A stretch of 64,000 bases of DNA. Origin: Camelus dromedarius (taxonomy: Eukaryota). Location: contig NC_087436.1 of NCBI RefSeq assembly GCF_036321535.1, positions 110,982,001 through 111,046,000 on the forward strand. Direction: 5' to 3'. How positions within the stretch are numbered: position 1 is the stretch's first letter; each line of letters begins with the position of its first letter. The notes beneath the pieces are model-generated. The model was not told the DNA's origin. It made no database searches and saw only the letters and a program-made list of their open reading frames with translations. Below are positions 37,894 through 50,720 of the stretch, one piece after another. Position numbers and translations under genes: made by a program.

Positions 37894-40419
37894 GGCAACC
37901 CCCCTTCTCCTCGCGGACGCCCCGACGACTCTGGTCCTCTCTTACTGTCATGTGATGGACCCTTCCCTGCACAGACACGCACATCGCCCTCCCCACCTCC
38001 CATCTCCGTCCTCCTGCTAGTTCGTCTTCCCTTTCTGTTGGGTCGGAATCGTTTTGCTTCAAACTTCTGGGCTCCGGGCTGTCATTCTGCGGGGTGCTGG
38101 GGGGTGGCGGGTGGTAGTGGGACCTCCCCACCTTGCCGCTGTCGCCTTTTTTGTCTGAGTGAGACGTGTGCGTGGAGCTGTTAATCCAGCAGGTTGGTTG
38201 AGTGGGCATCGAGGGGACCAGGCGGGTCATGGGATGGGGTGTGTTGTGAGTGTTTGTTTTGGAAGGGGTTGGTGGGTAGGAGAGCAGGAGAAGCACTAGG
38301 AAGGAAGGTTGCATTGTCTCAGTGGATAGTGGTAGCAGCTTGCTCGACTGGCGACTAAATCTTGGCATTTGGAGTTAAGGAGTAACCTTAGTGCCTTAAG
38401 AAAACAACTCTCTTACCTCGTTTCCATCTGTTCTTGCGCCACCTCGCGCCCCCTCTCCTCCCACCCCCCTCAGATTTGTTTGGTTAGCGCCTAGAAGATC
38501 TTCCTTGTTTTTCACTAGTGAAAAGGAGCTTTTGGTAGGATAAACTAGTACAACTTCAGCTCAGAAATGTGCACTGAAGAATACGATGCATATTGGAAAA
38601 TGTACGAGAAGGAAGGTTGCTCTGATTAGGGGCATTTAAGTTATGTTTAATCAATGAACTGCTTTACCCTTACAAAATATGTTTTGGTCTTATCTAAGGA
38701 AGCATTCTGGGAAATAGCTTTAGGCAAGTATTCATAAGTGATTTTACCTCTTTAAAAAAGTGTAAGAAAAGTCTCACAGTACTCCTTATATAAAAATTTT
38801 AAGATAAGTGTTGTTAGTGCTTCCTGAATACAAAATGGACCCGGTTTTTATAATTGCTTATGTAAAGATCTCTTCCACTGACAACCTGTTTGGAAATTGT
38901 TGAATTCGTTCAGATAGAATCAGGCAGGATGATAGCGTTGTAACACTGGCTCACGGTGTCATCGTGTTAAGTTTTGCCGAAGCACGCAGTGATTTGACGA
39001 TGTCTTTGTCGATTATTATGATTTAGAATACTTTGGGTTTTTCTTTTTTTCTTATCTTCTTACTTAGATGCAATAAGTATGGCTTTATCTCACAAATATT
39101 TGTGCTTTTGAAAAATAGTCAAATTTGAATTAAATTCAAAATTAATTGGATTTGATGGACAAAGGGAATTACGATATGTTTCTGTCTTACCTATTTGAAT
39201 AGCAAGTAGCATTGGAGGACATTGAAAATTGAGTTCATGCTGTGCGTCTAATACGCAGTTTCTATGTTACATTTTTAACGTAATATATACCGTTATAAGG
39301 TATTTGAAGGGGATTTTTTTCCTGAGCTCTAACTACATTTGAGAATTGTTTCTCCTAGCCCTAGGCAGGAGACCCAATTAAGACTCATCTCCTGTTTTGT
39401 TTTTGTCGTTGTTGTTTTTACACGATACAACTCTCTTAAACAGGATATACACTTGTTGATTGGGTTTTTTCAGTATCCTATGTGTGAAGCATCTGTTCAT
39501 AGTATGAATTGGGATTAAATGTATTTTGTGTAACTATTTTAAGTTACCTTTCGCTATTACTTTTGTAAACATATTTGCAAAAAAGCCATATTTTTACTTC
39601 ACATATATGTATGTGTGTGAATGTATGTATATATATACTTATGTGTTGGATACTCAATGCTCTTACTGCTTGAAATTATTTTTTATAAAATATTCTTTCT
39701 GCCTTTGGGGAAGAAAATGATCCATAATTCTTATTTTTAAATAAGGTATAGAAATTGTAAGCAGCGTCTCAGGGCTGTACAGCAAATCAGTATTGAGTCA
39801 ATAGTGAGGTTTCAAATCTCAGTTCTTAGCCTAAATCTTTAATCTCATTCATTTTTTAAATAGCATATATAAAAATTCTAATTTTATGGGCAAAATCTTG
39901 ATTGTACTAAAGTTAAATATTAACTAGCTAAGACATTTAACTCTTGATATGGAAAATGATGTTTACCTTTCTCTGTTTGTGGAACTCATCTCTTTAGGTT
40001 AGATTTGTGGCTACTCTGATTTATTTCAGGTTTTTCTTTGTTTATGGTTTAATTGAAGAGTTGTCCTATAAGCTCTGTGTCTCAGTTAATAGCTTTCTTT
40101 ACAATGTGGTGCTTTTTACAGTTTTTCTGTAATCATCCTATACTGTAATTTTGAGTATGCTTATCTAACAAATGTTTGAATGCTTGTTGGGTATAGTGAA
40201 TAGTATCCTACTGCTCAGCATGATATTGAGTGATAACAGATACTGTTCTGGATCTTATGCAATACATAATATAACTAGTATCTTGTAAGTCATAAAATTT
40301 AAAGCAAAGTCTAGGGTAAAAGGAATGAATTAATATATTTTAAAACATTATCAGAATTTATATAGTCTATTAGGATATTTGATCTGGGAAATAAGGCAAG
40401 TTTTTTGTTTTGTTTCTGT

Positions 40420-41885
40420 TTTAACTTTTAATTTTGGTATAATTTTGAAATTATGAGAAAAAATTGGAATAATACAGGGAACCTCTATATACCCTTACTA
40501 CATTCACCAGTTGTATTATATTTTACTTTATTTGCTGTATCATTCTTGCCTTATATCCATCTATTTTTTTTTTCTGAACCATCTGAGGGTAATCTGGAGA
40601 CACACATTTTTACATCTAAATTCAGTTATATTTCCAAAAACCAAGGACATTGTCTTACCTAACCACAGTGTAGTTATTAAAACCAGGAGATATAACATTT
40701 ACATACTATTAATAGCACTATTATCTAATTCATAATCCATATTCAGATTTTTATCTGTTAGTCTATATTATTTATTTTTTCCCCAGCCCAGGATCATACA
40801 TTGCATTTGGGCATCATATCTCTTTAGTCTCTTTACTGGAATACTTCCTCAGCCTTTCTTTTATTTATTGACCTTGACATTTTTGAAAAGTACAGGGCAG
40901 TTATTTTGTAGAATATCCCTCAGTTTGTTTGTCTGTTGTTTCTTCATGATTAGATTGGTTATGCATTTTTGGCAGGAACATCTCTGAAGAGATGTCTGAC
41001 CTTCTCAGTGCATCATATCTTAAGGTTCATGATGTTGGTTTGTCCCCATTTTGGTAATGGTAGCTTTGAAAATTTAGTTAATGTGGTATTCTCCATATTT
41101 TTCCCTGAAAGTTATTATTTATCCTTTTGTAATTAATACGTAATTTGTGAAAAATACTTGGAAGACCAGGATATTTACATAGTCTCATCAAAATTTCACT
41201 CATAAGTTTTAACATCTGTTCATGATGTTTCTAGCTTCATTTTATAGCTAGTAGTTGATATTCTGTCATAAAGCAGTCTTTCTCATCTCCATTATGTATT
41301 TTTTATTTATTCAGTTATTTTTATCAGTATGAATTCAGGGATTCTTATTTTATTCAGTGGTTATTAAATCCATTACTGTCATTATTTTGATTCCCAAATT
41401 GTTCCAGATTTGGCCAGTGGGAGCCTCACTGAGCTAGTTCCAGTGTTTTTTGACAAGTCACGTGTCTCCCCAACCACTCCCTGCCTAATGATCTTTTTGA
41501 GCACTTCCTTCCTGCCAAAACAAGATATTCTGGGTTCATCTTGTACTTTACCTGTCCTGGCCCTGACATCAGCTATTTTTCCAAGGAGTTTTCCATTCTT
41601 TTTAGTGGGAAACAAATAAATAAATTAATTAATTAATAAATTTATTTTAAAGCTATTCTACAGTTCCTTTCCCCACCCCCATTTTTTTATTTAAATAAAG
41701 TATAGTCAGCTTAGAATGTTGCATCAATCTCTGGTGTACAGCACAGTGTTTCAGCCACACATACACATACATATATTCCTTTTCATATTCTTTTTCATTA
41801 TAGGTTAACTACAGGATATTGAGTGTAGTACCCTGTGCTATACAGTAGAAACTTGTTGGAAAATACATTTAGATACCAAGATCTG
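40420..41885 (-). mobile_element. Old L1MC-type 3' UTR (antisense to LCORL), interrupted by a younger L1 3' end
   Basis: ccaggatcatacattgcattt, ttattttgtagaatatccctcag, ccagatttggccagtgggagcc, ttagataccaagatctg. Confidence 0.75.
41682..41857 (-). mobile_element. Short young camelid-type L1 3' end
   Basis: aaagtatagtcagcttagaatgttg...ccctgtgctatacagtagaaacttgttg; homologous to 23700-23860. Confidence 0.85.
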
Positions 41886-42037
41886 AACAGTAGGTTTCAG
41901 GACTGTTGTTTAGTTCTGTTTTTCTGATACAGAACCTCATCATCAGTGTAACTGATTTGCCTAAGGTTACAACAGTCAAATGACAAAAGGCTTGATTAGA
42001 ATGATTTCTATAAACTCCAGCGTCTTTCCAACATACC

Positions 42038-42309
42038 ATTGTTGTCCAGTGAAAATATAATGTGTGCCAAATATATAATTTAAAATTTACTAGTGACCAC
42101 ATTTAAAAACACATTTGATTTAGCCTAATATATTAAAAATATTTTAACATTAACCCATATAAAATTGTTGAGTTGGCTTACATTCTTTTAAAAATATTAA
42201 GTCTTTGAAATCAATTTTTTTTAAGCATATAGCAATCTCAGTTTGGACTAGCTACATTTCAGGTGCTTAGTAGACTCATGGCAAGTGGATACCACATTGG
42301 ACAGCACAG
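42038..42309. mobile_element. MER33-like hAT-Charlie DNA transposon
   Basis: ttgtccagtgaaaatataatgtg...ggactagctacatttcaggtgct...cattggacagcacag. Confidence 0.75.
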
Positions 42310-42337
42310 TTCTGTAGTGTGGCTTCATCCAGCTTTT

Positions 42338-43274
42338 CTTTTTTAATTGAGTTATAGTCAGTTTACAATGTTGTGTCAATTTCCAGTGTAGAGCACAATT
42401 TTTCAGTTATACATTATCATACGTATATTGATTGTCACATTCTTTTTCACTGTGAGCTACCACAAGATCTTATATATATATTTCCCTGTGCTATACAGTG
42501 TAATCTTGTTTATCTATTCTACATATGCCTGTCAATATCTACAAATTTTGAACTCCCAGTCTGTCCCTTCCCACCTCCCTCCCCCCTGGCAACCACAAGT
42601 TTGTATTCTATGTCTGTGAACCTGTTTCTGTTTTGTATTTATGTTCTTTTTTTGGATTCCACATATAAGCGATCTCATACGGTATTTTTCTTTCTTTTTT
42701 CTGGCTTCACTTAGAATGACATTCTCCAGGAACATCCATGTTGCTGCAAATGGCATTATGTTGTCGGTTTTTATGGCTGAATAGTATTCCATTGTATAAA
42801 TATACCACCTCTTCTTTATCCAGTCATCTGTTGATGGACATTTAGGCTGTTTCCATGTCTTGGCTATTGTAAATAGTGCTGCTGTGAACACTGGGGTGCA
42901 GGTGTCTTTTTAAAGTAGGGTTCCTTCTGGATATATGCCCAGGAGGGGGATTCCTGGGTCATATGATAAGTCTATTCCTAGTCTTTTGAGTTATCTCCAT
43001 ACTGTTTTCCACAGTGGCTGCACCAAACTGCATTCCCACCAGCAGTGTAGGAGGGTTCCCTTTTCTCCAACAGCCTTTCTAGCATTTGCCATTTGTGGAC
43101 TTTTGAATGATGGCCATTCCAGCTGGTGTGAGGTGATACCTCATTGTAGTTTTGATTTGCATTTCTCTGATAATTAGTGATACTGAGCATTTTCTTCATG
43201 TGCCTATTGATAATTTGTATTTCTTCCTTGGAGAATTTCTTGTTTAGGTCTTCTGCTCAGTTTTGGATTGGGTT
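42338..43274 (-). mobile_element. Young camelid-type L1, 5'-truncated (ORF2 C-terminus + 3' UTR)
   Basis: Minus-strand peptide MFTAALFTIAKTWKQPKCPSTDDWIKKRWYIYTMEYYSAIK...; degenerate TSD ttcatccagctttt (42324-42337) / ttcagccaactctt (43275-43288). Confidence 0.92.
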
Positions 43275-43364
43275 TTCAGCCAACTCTTGATGGTACCACT
43301 TATTTCAAATCTGTTGATACTAACCAAACCTATAGCTTTCCCCAGATCTTTTATTTGAATAATA

Positions 43365-43615
43365 CAATACAGTGAATAAGAACATAGGCTCTAGGGGAAA
43401 AAAAAAAAAAAAAGACCATAGGCTCTGGAGCTAGACTACCTGTGTTTGAATCTGAGCTGTTACTGCCGACGTGTGTGGACACTTTACTTATCCTCTCTGT
43501 ACTTCAGTTTCTTTTCTGTAAATTGAAGATAATGAGACTGAAAATTGTGTTGATGTTTGTTAACATGTGTCTGCCGTATAGAAAGCATTCCAAATGTTAG
43601 CTATTGTTATTATGA
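43365..43615 (+). mobile_element. MIR SINE containing a tiny TSD-flanked poly(A) insertion
   Basis: ggctctggagctagactacctgtgtttgaatc...ctctgtacttcagtttcttttctgtaaa. Confidence 0.75.
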
Positions 43616-46349
43616 TTGTTTTACGCAGGTTGTTAGCAGCTTTAAGCTTTTTTTTTTTTTTTTTTTTTTTTGGCCAATACAGTCTTTCTGGTGGGAATGC
43701 TTTTGAACAATGAAAAGATCATGAGGCATGTTAGAGGAAAAGACGGTAAGGGCTGGAAAGATCTATATTTTAGTATATTCTTGAGCCACAGGGTCATAGA
43801 GCTTAAGAATCAAGTATAATCACTTAACCTAATCTTGGCTTTTTTTACATATGAGGAGAACAAAAGACATTTGATGCCATTTTGTATTTTAGGAATGTTT
43901 TGGCTTAGTAGTAACCGAATACAAGAAATTAATTTAAAATCATTAACAAAATCTGTATCATACTAGATCATCCTAAAGCTGCTTTTTGTTGGTACCTACT
44001 CTGCCCTCTTCCTGACAAATCACATCACTGTCTTAGAGCTCTGCATTCTGCAAGGATTTAGAGTGAACTTTCTTCCAGCTACCTGCTGCATTTATCATCA
44101 GCATTATCAGTATCAGAGGGTATTCTCTTCCTCTCTTTTTAACCTCTGAAGAAGTTATGGGAGCACTTCATAGAGCTGTAACACTTGAAGTTGGGGTAGT
44201 TCAGGTAAATAAAGTTCTAGATGATCAACTTGACCCTTCTTTCTGGATGCTGCTTGCCTCCTACCCTCTTTATTTCCCCAACTAACTTCCACCTCATCTT
44301 GTCACTATTGCCGTGTAAACCCTAGAAGAGTAGATTTGCTTAGAAATCTGGATTTGATGAAAACTGTGATGGATGAGTCAACTACAGGTCAACTACCCCA
44401 GATATTTGGTTGAACATCCATTTTTTTCAAACACTGACAAATTTTTTATCCATTTAAAAAGATGTAAATCATAGTACTGTCTAATATGCATCAGGCAAAT
44501 GGATTCTGTGATGATCTTGTGTAGTTGAGCAGTTAAGACATATAACCAAACTTCTCTGTAAAATAGGCATATTGGAATTCTGCATGTAAAATTTGAAATT
44601 CTGTGTACTTTTGGATTATTGTATACTTGGAAGTTCTGCCATCCTTAGGACCAAGCAGTGTATGAATTTTGTGTATTTGCAGATGTTAGAAACAGGCTGT
44701 AGTCTAGTCTGAGCATATCACTTGTAGCCTCCTTTCTGTATGGTGCTGTCTCTTCCTGTCCATGCTACTTCCCTTTGCTGGCTATACATGTGTACCCCTC
44801 CCTGCTTGGCTGTGTACTATGATAAGTTGCTATAATGTTCCCGACTTGTCTTTCAACCCTGGATCTTTTATTCTTATACCACTGCACAGTCTTGGGAGGA
44901 GCAACAAAAGCATGTAGATTTTTGGATATGCATGCAGTTTTTTCTTCCTTATTAGTAAATCCAGTTTTTCAATTATGGTATCATATATTACTGGGGTGTG
45001 ACACTATGTCTTTTTCTGTTTTGATAATACTCCTTTGTGGTGTGGGGGTGTGTGTGTCTGTGTAATATGGCCAGCATTCATGGGTGAGAGATAAAATTTG
45101 GTTAGAGCACCACATTCATTTGGGGGACTCATTTAATTTTATTAGAGTGCATGCATAGGGGCTGAATCTATTATTGAGTAATAATGTCAAAAATTTTATT
45201 CAGCACAGAATATAGATACAAGAATGTAAATAGGCCCAGACCAACCTACTACTACCATTATGAAACTAATTAAGGTAACAATGCCATATTTGTATTTGAA
45301 AAATGGCACTTTGTTCTTAATTAAAGCTAAATAAAAATTTGTTTTGAGAATTTTTGTGTTTTCTAGAAAATAACTTACAATGAAGAATCACTTTTCTATA
45401 TCTCATCTCCTTTCCTTTCATATAGTTTTTGCATTAATTAGCAACAACCCTATCCTGCTTACTTTGCTTCTTCTTTTTTCTTTACCTTAATCTGTTGCCA
45501 GGTTATTACTACTTTCTTCACAGTATCTCTTGGATTCAGTTTTTCTGATGGAGTAGTAAGCACTTGGGCAGATTCAGGTAAAATTCTAGTTTATATCAGT
45601 ATCTGCATTGCTAATTTTACTGTCCTTCAGTCTAGCTTATAATCTGCGTTTAATCATTATTTGAAATAGCTCCTTTGATTTTGCAGTTTACAAAGCAGTA
45701 GTGGTTCCCAATATGTCTGTTTTCATCAAATAAAAGCTCCTAACCATATTCAGTTAGTTAACCATAGTCTACCAGGCTTATTTTTCCCTATTTGCCTAGT
45801 TTCTTCTTTAGAAACTATTTTCATCTGCTTTTACTTCTGTTTTGTACACATTGCCCCAAATCTAGAGTATCTTATTAATCATAACAGCTACCCTGAATCC
45901 TCAGTCACCTTTAAAATCCACCTGTACCCTGGAGTCTTTTCTAAAGTATTTATAGAAGAACAAGGTTGAGATCTTTCTCTGTTAATTCATTTTGGCCAAT
46001 TCTTATCTGATGGATATGTGTAAATTGTGTATGGAGGAAAATAACTTTCTCCAGTAGTCTTCATATTTGAATAGTAAACCATTTAGTAAACAGTTCAGGG
46101 ATAAGGGACTAAGTCTTGACACATGGTAAAAAGACTAAGAATTGAAAGAACACAGTTCCATTTTGGCCTTTACCATCCTAACATTAGGCACAAGTCATTT
46201 CACTTTTCACAGATGGGAGTCTGTGAAACTAGGTTAATACCTGTCCTTAAATGTTCACTATTTTTTTGTTTTTTATGAAAGGCTCTGTAATACTTATATG
46301 GTGGTGGTTTCTGGACTAAAGATATAGATTAAGGAATTACTAGTATAAA

Positions 46350-46900
46350 GATGACATTTAAATCCGTGGAAATGGATGAGATCACCTAATATAGTATACA
46401 GTATAGATTAACTCATAGTATAACTGCAGAGGAGTGGAATACTCAGTACCATGCCTTAAGGAACCTTAATTAACCTTTGGATGGAGGAAGAGAAGCCTCA
46501 AAGTAAGACCACTGGACTTCTACACTGAAAAGTAAGGCCATTGACTAAGTAGGAAAACTGGGAGAGGTGGTATGACCAAATCTAAGAGAGAGGAGTGTTA
46601 CTATAAGGAGGGATTGTTAACATGTTGATGAAATGTCAAGTACCATTAAATAGGGAAGCGTACGTTGTTTTTGGCAACATGGAGGTTCTTGGTGACTTAG
46701 ACTAGATAAATTTCAGCAGGGTGATGGGGATGGAAACTATGTTATAATAGATTTAAAAGTAATTAAGATGTGTGTAAGTGGAGGAAATATTTGTAGCAGA
46801 CTACACATTTGAGAAGTTACATTCTGAGGAAAAACAAATAGAGCAGTAATTGGAAGGATCTGAGGTCTAGGGATGTTTGTTTTATAGATGGCCAATAAGA
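46350..46900 (-). mobile_element. L2 fragment
   Basis: atttaaatccgtggaaatggatgagatcaccta...ttggcaacatggaggttcttggtgactt. Confidence 0.7.
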
Positions 46901-47864
46901 AGGGGAATACTTTTTTGAACTGATAATATTCATGGTTACTTATATGTTATTTAAGCTGAGGCTTGATAGCAACAAAATATTGAGAGAGAAGTTAGATAAA
47001 TAGGATGGGCTTGGCTTAAATCAGTGAATGTGAACTCTAAATTTGTTACTTTTTTCCTTCAAAACATATTTTCCTAATTAAGTTCATCACTAAGATAGAA
47101 TATGTGTGGCATTTATTAGTGCATTACACATTTTAAAAGAATGATTTTTTCCAATGAATTTACTATTGTCAGTCATCAAATATCTCGAGTCTTATTGTGT
47201 GTTGGTTAATTACAGTGTAATTGTATATTTATTCCTTAACTAGGTTCTGAGCTAGAAATGGACTTAGGAATCACAGATCAAAATACTAGCTTTTTAGACA
47301 GTAGGGTTGTATTAAAGAACCTGGCTTGTAACTAATGGCAGATTAAACAATATCACCCTGAACTGAACTTATCAACCTACCAAAGACAGAACAGCTGGAG
47401 CTGTAGGCCTCTTCTAAAATTCAAGGACACTCCACCCCATGTGGTTGGCTTATTGGTAGATATGACCATCTAGGCAGCATGAGCAGTAGGCTTGAGCATG
47501 CATGAAAAAATGACCTTTAAAACATTAATCTATCCCATAGGAACAACTCAGGATGTTGCTAGTACTAGTCATTCCTCTTTCCTTTGGTAGGATGAATAAG
47601 GGGTAGAGAAAAGGGCACAAGCTTCTTCCAGGATACTTCCCCCAAGAATATGAGAAGTATTAGACGAGGTGGGAACTGGAGTTTGGTAAAAAAGCTAATT
47701 CCTACACTAGGAACAGGATTTAGGCTTTGCTTTTAAAGAGCTCGCAATAATCAGGGATGTTAAGTATTAGAGTTGGCATAATATAATGGAAAGACATGGG
47801 AGAGAGCAATTAGTTTTGATTTGAAGGATCTGAAGTGACTAGGCTTCAAAGGATTGAGTGAAAG

Positions 47865-48067
47865 CAGGAATTGGCAAACTTTTTTTGTAAAGGGCTGCAT
47901 GAAAATATTTTAGGCTTAGTAGGCCATATGGTCTCTATTGCAGCTCCTCCACTCTGCTGTTGCAGTGCAGAGGCAGTGTATAAATGAAAGCGCATGGCTG
48001 TATTCCAGTAAAAAATTATTTACAAAAATAGGCAGATTTGGCCTACAGGCCATAGTGCTGATCTCTA
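47865..48067 (+). mobile_element. MER58A-like hAT-Charlie DNA transposon
   Basis: caggaattggcaaactttttt.gtaaagggc...aatattttaggctt...catggctgtattccagtaaaa...ttggcctacaggccatag. Confidence 0.85.
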
Positions 48068-49334
48068 AGTTAAATGATCCACAGGAAAGTAGGGTGGAAG
48101 GAGTGGGCTGAGGGATAGTATAAGCAAAGGTATAGAAGTCTAAATCATATGTATTCTGAAAATATTCAGCACTCCAGTGTCATTGGAGTATAGGGTGGAG
48201 GTAGGAAGTGGGACCGAAAATATAAATTATGGCATCTATGAGGAGGGAATTATGAGCCTTTGAAGTTTGTTTTTTAATGGCTAATAAGCTTGATCAGATA
48301 AGTCAGCTTATTTTCATTTTGAACATCTGCTGTTGGTTCAGGTTTGAGGGGGTTTTTGTTTGTAGTAGTTTAAGAAGCTCAAATTGAAGCAGCCCTTTTA
48401 AGTCAAAACTGGGAAAATGAGCAGTCTCCACTTCAGTATATTAATTAAGATATTGGATTGCTGAAGTACTCTCAGATTGCACCCTTCTTTTTTGCCTGGG
48501 TGCTGAACAATTTGAAAATTAAAACAAAGAGAAAGATCAAAGCAGGATATCACTTTTGTTACTAATAAAGGCCAACTTAGAGAAATAACTTGGTGAGAGT
48601 CAGGTGGTCTGGCATAGGCCAATTTATTCACCCAGTTCTAGGCATACTAAGCAGGCTGAGCAGAATATGAGCTCTCTGCAGGTAGCTCACTCCCAAAGGT
48701 ATACTCAGTTATTCTTTACAAAATCACCAATCATATCAGTCACTTCAGTTCCCTAGGGGTGAAGAGAGGCTCAGATGGTGTTTATAATGCATCCTTCCTT
48801 ATAGAAACAGGAAGCAGGGAAAAGGTGTTACTCCTCTAACTATCAGTGCTAATTTTTGCAGAGTTGTATCTGGGCATAAGTGTACTGGAAGCAGTACAAC
48901 TGTCATTATACTGAAAACAAGTCAAACTTATCTATTCTGGATGTTTTAAAAAATATTTAATTCTAGTGTTTGGAACACCCATATTTTTTAAACAATCAAA
49001 ATAGGGGTTTTTTTTTAATGAACTGAATTTTCTGTAGGCCCATGTAAGATACTTTATTTGACTAGAAAAGAGAGAAGACTTCCTTCATCAATTTTCAATT
49101 GATTTTTTCAAGTTTAGAAAGAATTAGTTAAAAGAGGAGAGCACTGTTTCTTTAAGTGGAAAAAGCAGATACTTTGACAAATAGATTATCCTTTTAATTA
49201 ACTCTGATTATGGGTGCTTATGCAGTTTATTCACTGGTATCCTTTTTTTTTTAATGTCATCAGTTCATTTTTTTTTGTCCTCTTCCTCTTCCCTTTCTGG
49301 ACGTTTTAGTACTAAAACCGTCAGGTGGAGCCAA

Positions 49335-50395
49335 ACAAAAGTAAGTATCCACACTGAATGGGATATGTGGGAGGAGGAGCCATGTCCTCTTGAAGGAGTG
49401 GGATGTCAGAACCTGGAAGAGGTGAGGTGGGTCGCTGTGTGAGTCGATGGAGCTGGAGGCGTGAGGAGCAATCTGCATCGGAGGGCACACTGGGATAAGG
49501 TGTTTGAGCCCAAGCAGGGTCAGTATGGTATCGTTGAAGGAGGATAACTTGGTACAGGATAAGAGGATGATGAGGACACCTACTTGGGTGAGGGGTGGGG
49601 CAGCGGAAAGTCATCCTTGTAGGAGAGTAGCCTGATTCGGGTGTATTGAGCCTTGGGTTGGGTGAGGTGGGATTCCGTGCATGGAAGCATCCCAGTGCAA
49701 GGTCAGAGCCTGAGGGATGGGGGAGGAAAGCATCCCAGTGGAGGGTGAGCTCGATATATGGGATGTTAGTGCCCAAGCAGGATGAGGAGGATATTCTTGT
49801 AGGAGGAGTACCAGGCACAAGGAATAGGGGCCTGAGCAAGGTGGGGAGGTTATACCCTGGGAGAAGATGTGGGGATATTGGGGCAGTGAGGGATAAGGAG
49901 AGCATCTATGGGGGACAGGGAAGCAGCCACAATAAGAGATTAGTAAATACAGGAAAACTGGTCAAATAAGTAAACATTAAGGATAATGGGAGTCTGGCCT
50001 TTCACTGTCTGAGAAGAGAGTTTCCAGTATGGAAATGGAAAAAACTAGAATGCTCTCTGTAGTGTTGGATTGGAAAAGAGGTATTGGTATGAACTTATGG
50101 TTTTAATTATACATAGATGTAGAATATAAAAATATACACGTATGCCCTATACTGTGCACTGAGAAGGGGCCTAGGAGCAGTGACACCCCAATAGCAGTGA
50201 GCATAACGTATCATTGTTAATTTCCTGATTTTAATGTTTGTATTTATAAGAGAATGCCTTATAGAAAATGCTTCTTAAAGAATTAAAGGGTGATGGGATA
50301 TCATGTAGGCCGTTTACTCTCAAATAGTTGGAAGAGTAAAAGTTCTTACCATATGTAAATTTAAGATTGTTATGAAGTAAAAATAAATTTTTAAA
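49335..50395 (+). mobile_element. L1MC3/4-like 3' UTR with decayed G-rich internal tandem repeat (sense to LCORL)
   Basis: aaaactagaatg...gtgttggattgg...ggcctaggagcagtgacaccccaatagcagtgagca; ends near AATAAA at 50382-50387. Confidence 0.65.
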
Positions 50396-50514
50396 AGCAG
50401 TGTCATTAATCTTAATATTACATTGTCTTGAATTAATCACTTTCAGCCCTTTTCATAGTTGATGCTATATAAATTGTCTTGCAGACTTTTCAACACTAAG
50501 AATTGCCCTTTGAA

Positions 50515-50720
50515 ATAATGACAGCTAATATCTTTTGAGTGCTTACCATGTGTCAGACACTGTGGTAAGCTTTTATGTGTTTTAATCACATTTAATTTTC
50601 ACATGTGAAATAGTACAATTTTTATCTTCATTTTACAGATGAGAAAACCAAGGCTTAGAGAAGCTGACTTGCCTAAGACTTCCCATCTAGGAAATATGAA
50701 GATAGAATTCACATCTAAGT
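50515..50720 (-). mobile_element. MIR SINE
   Basis: gagtgcttaccatgtgtcagacactgtg...cattttacagatgagaaaaccaaggcttagaga. Confidence 0.8.

Larger units (their letters stand above)
36100..38470. promoter_or_regulatory. CpG island / LCORL promoter and first-exon region
   Basis: Abrupt switch from AT-rich, CpG-depleted DNA to very GC- and CpG-rich sequence spanning exon 1. Boundaries judged by eye. Confidence 0.93.

Noticed and set aside
36185..38368. Many overlapping 100-227 aa ORFs on both strands
   Set aside because: Expected from stop-codon scarcity in a CpG island; Arg/Gly/Pro/Ala-rich with no family resemblance. Only 36990-37146 matches a known protein.
42532..43199. ORFs with RT/ORF2-like peptides (also 2578-2784, 60338-61224)
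   Set aside because: Fragments of truncated, frameshifted L1 copies; not host genes or active elements.
48330..48360. ttcag|gtttgag resembling the start of LCORL exon 2
   Set aside because: Downstream sequence does not encode FESILEGLYGP.
49321..49905. 194-aa Pro/His-rich minus-strand ORF
   Set aside because: Product of the C-rich strand of the decayed tandem repeat; no homology recognised.
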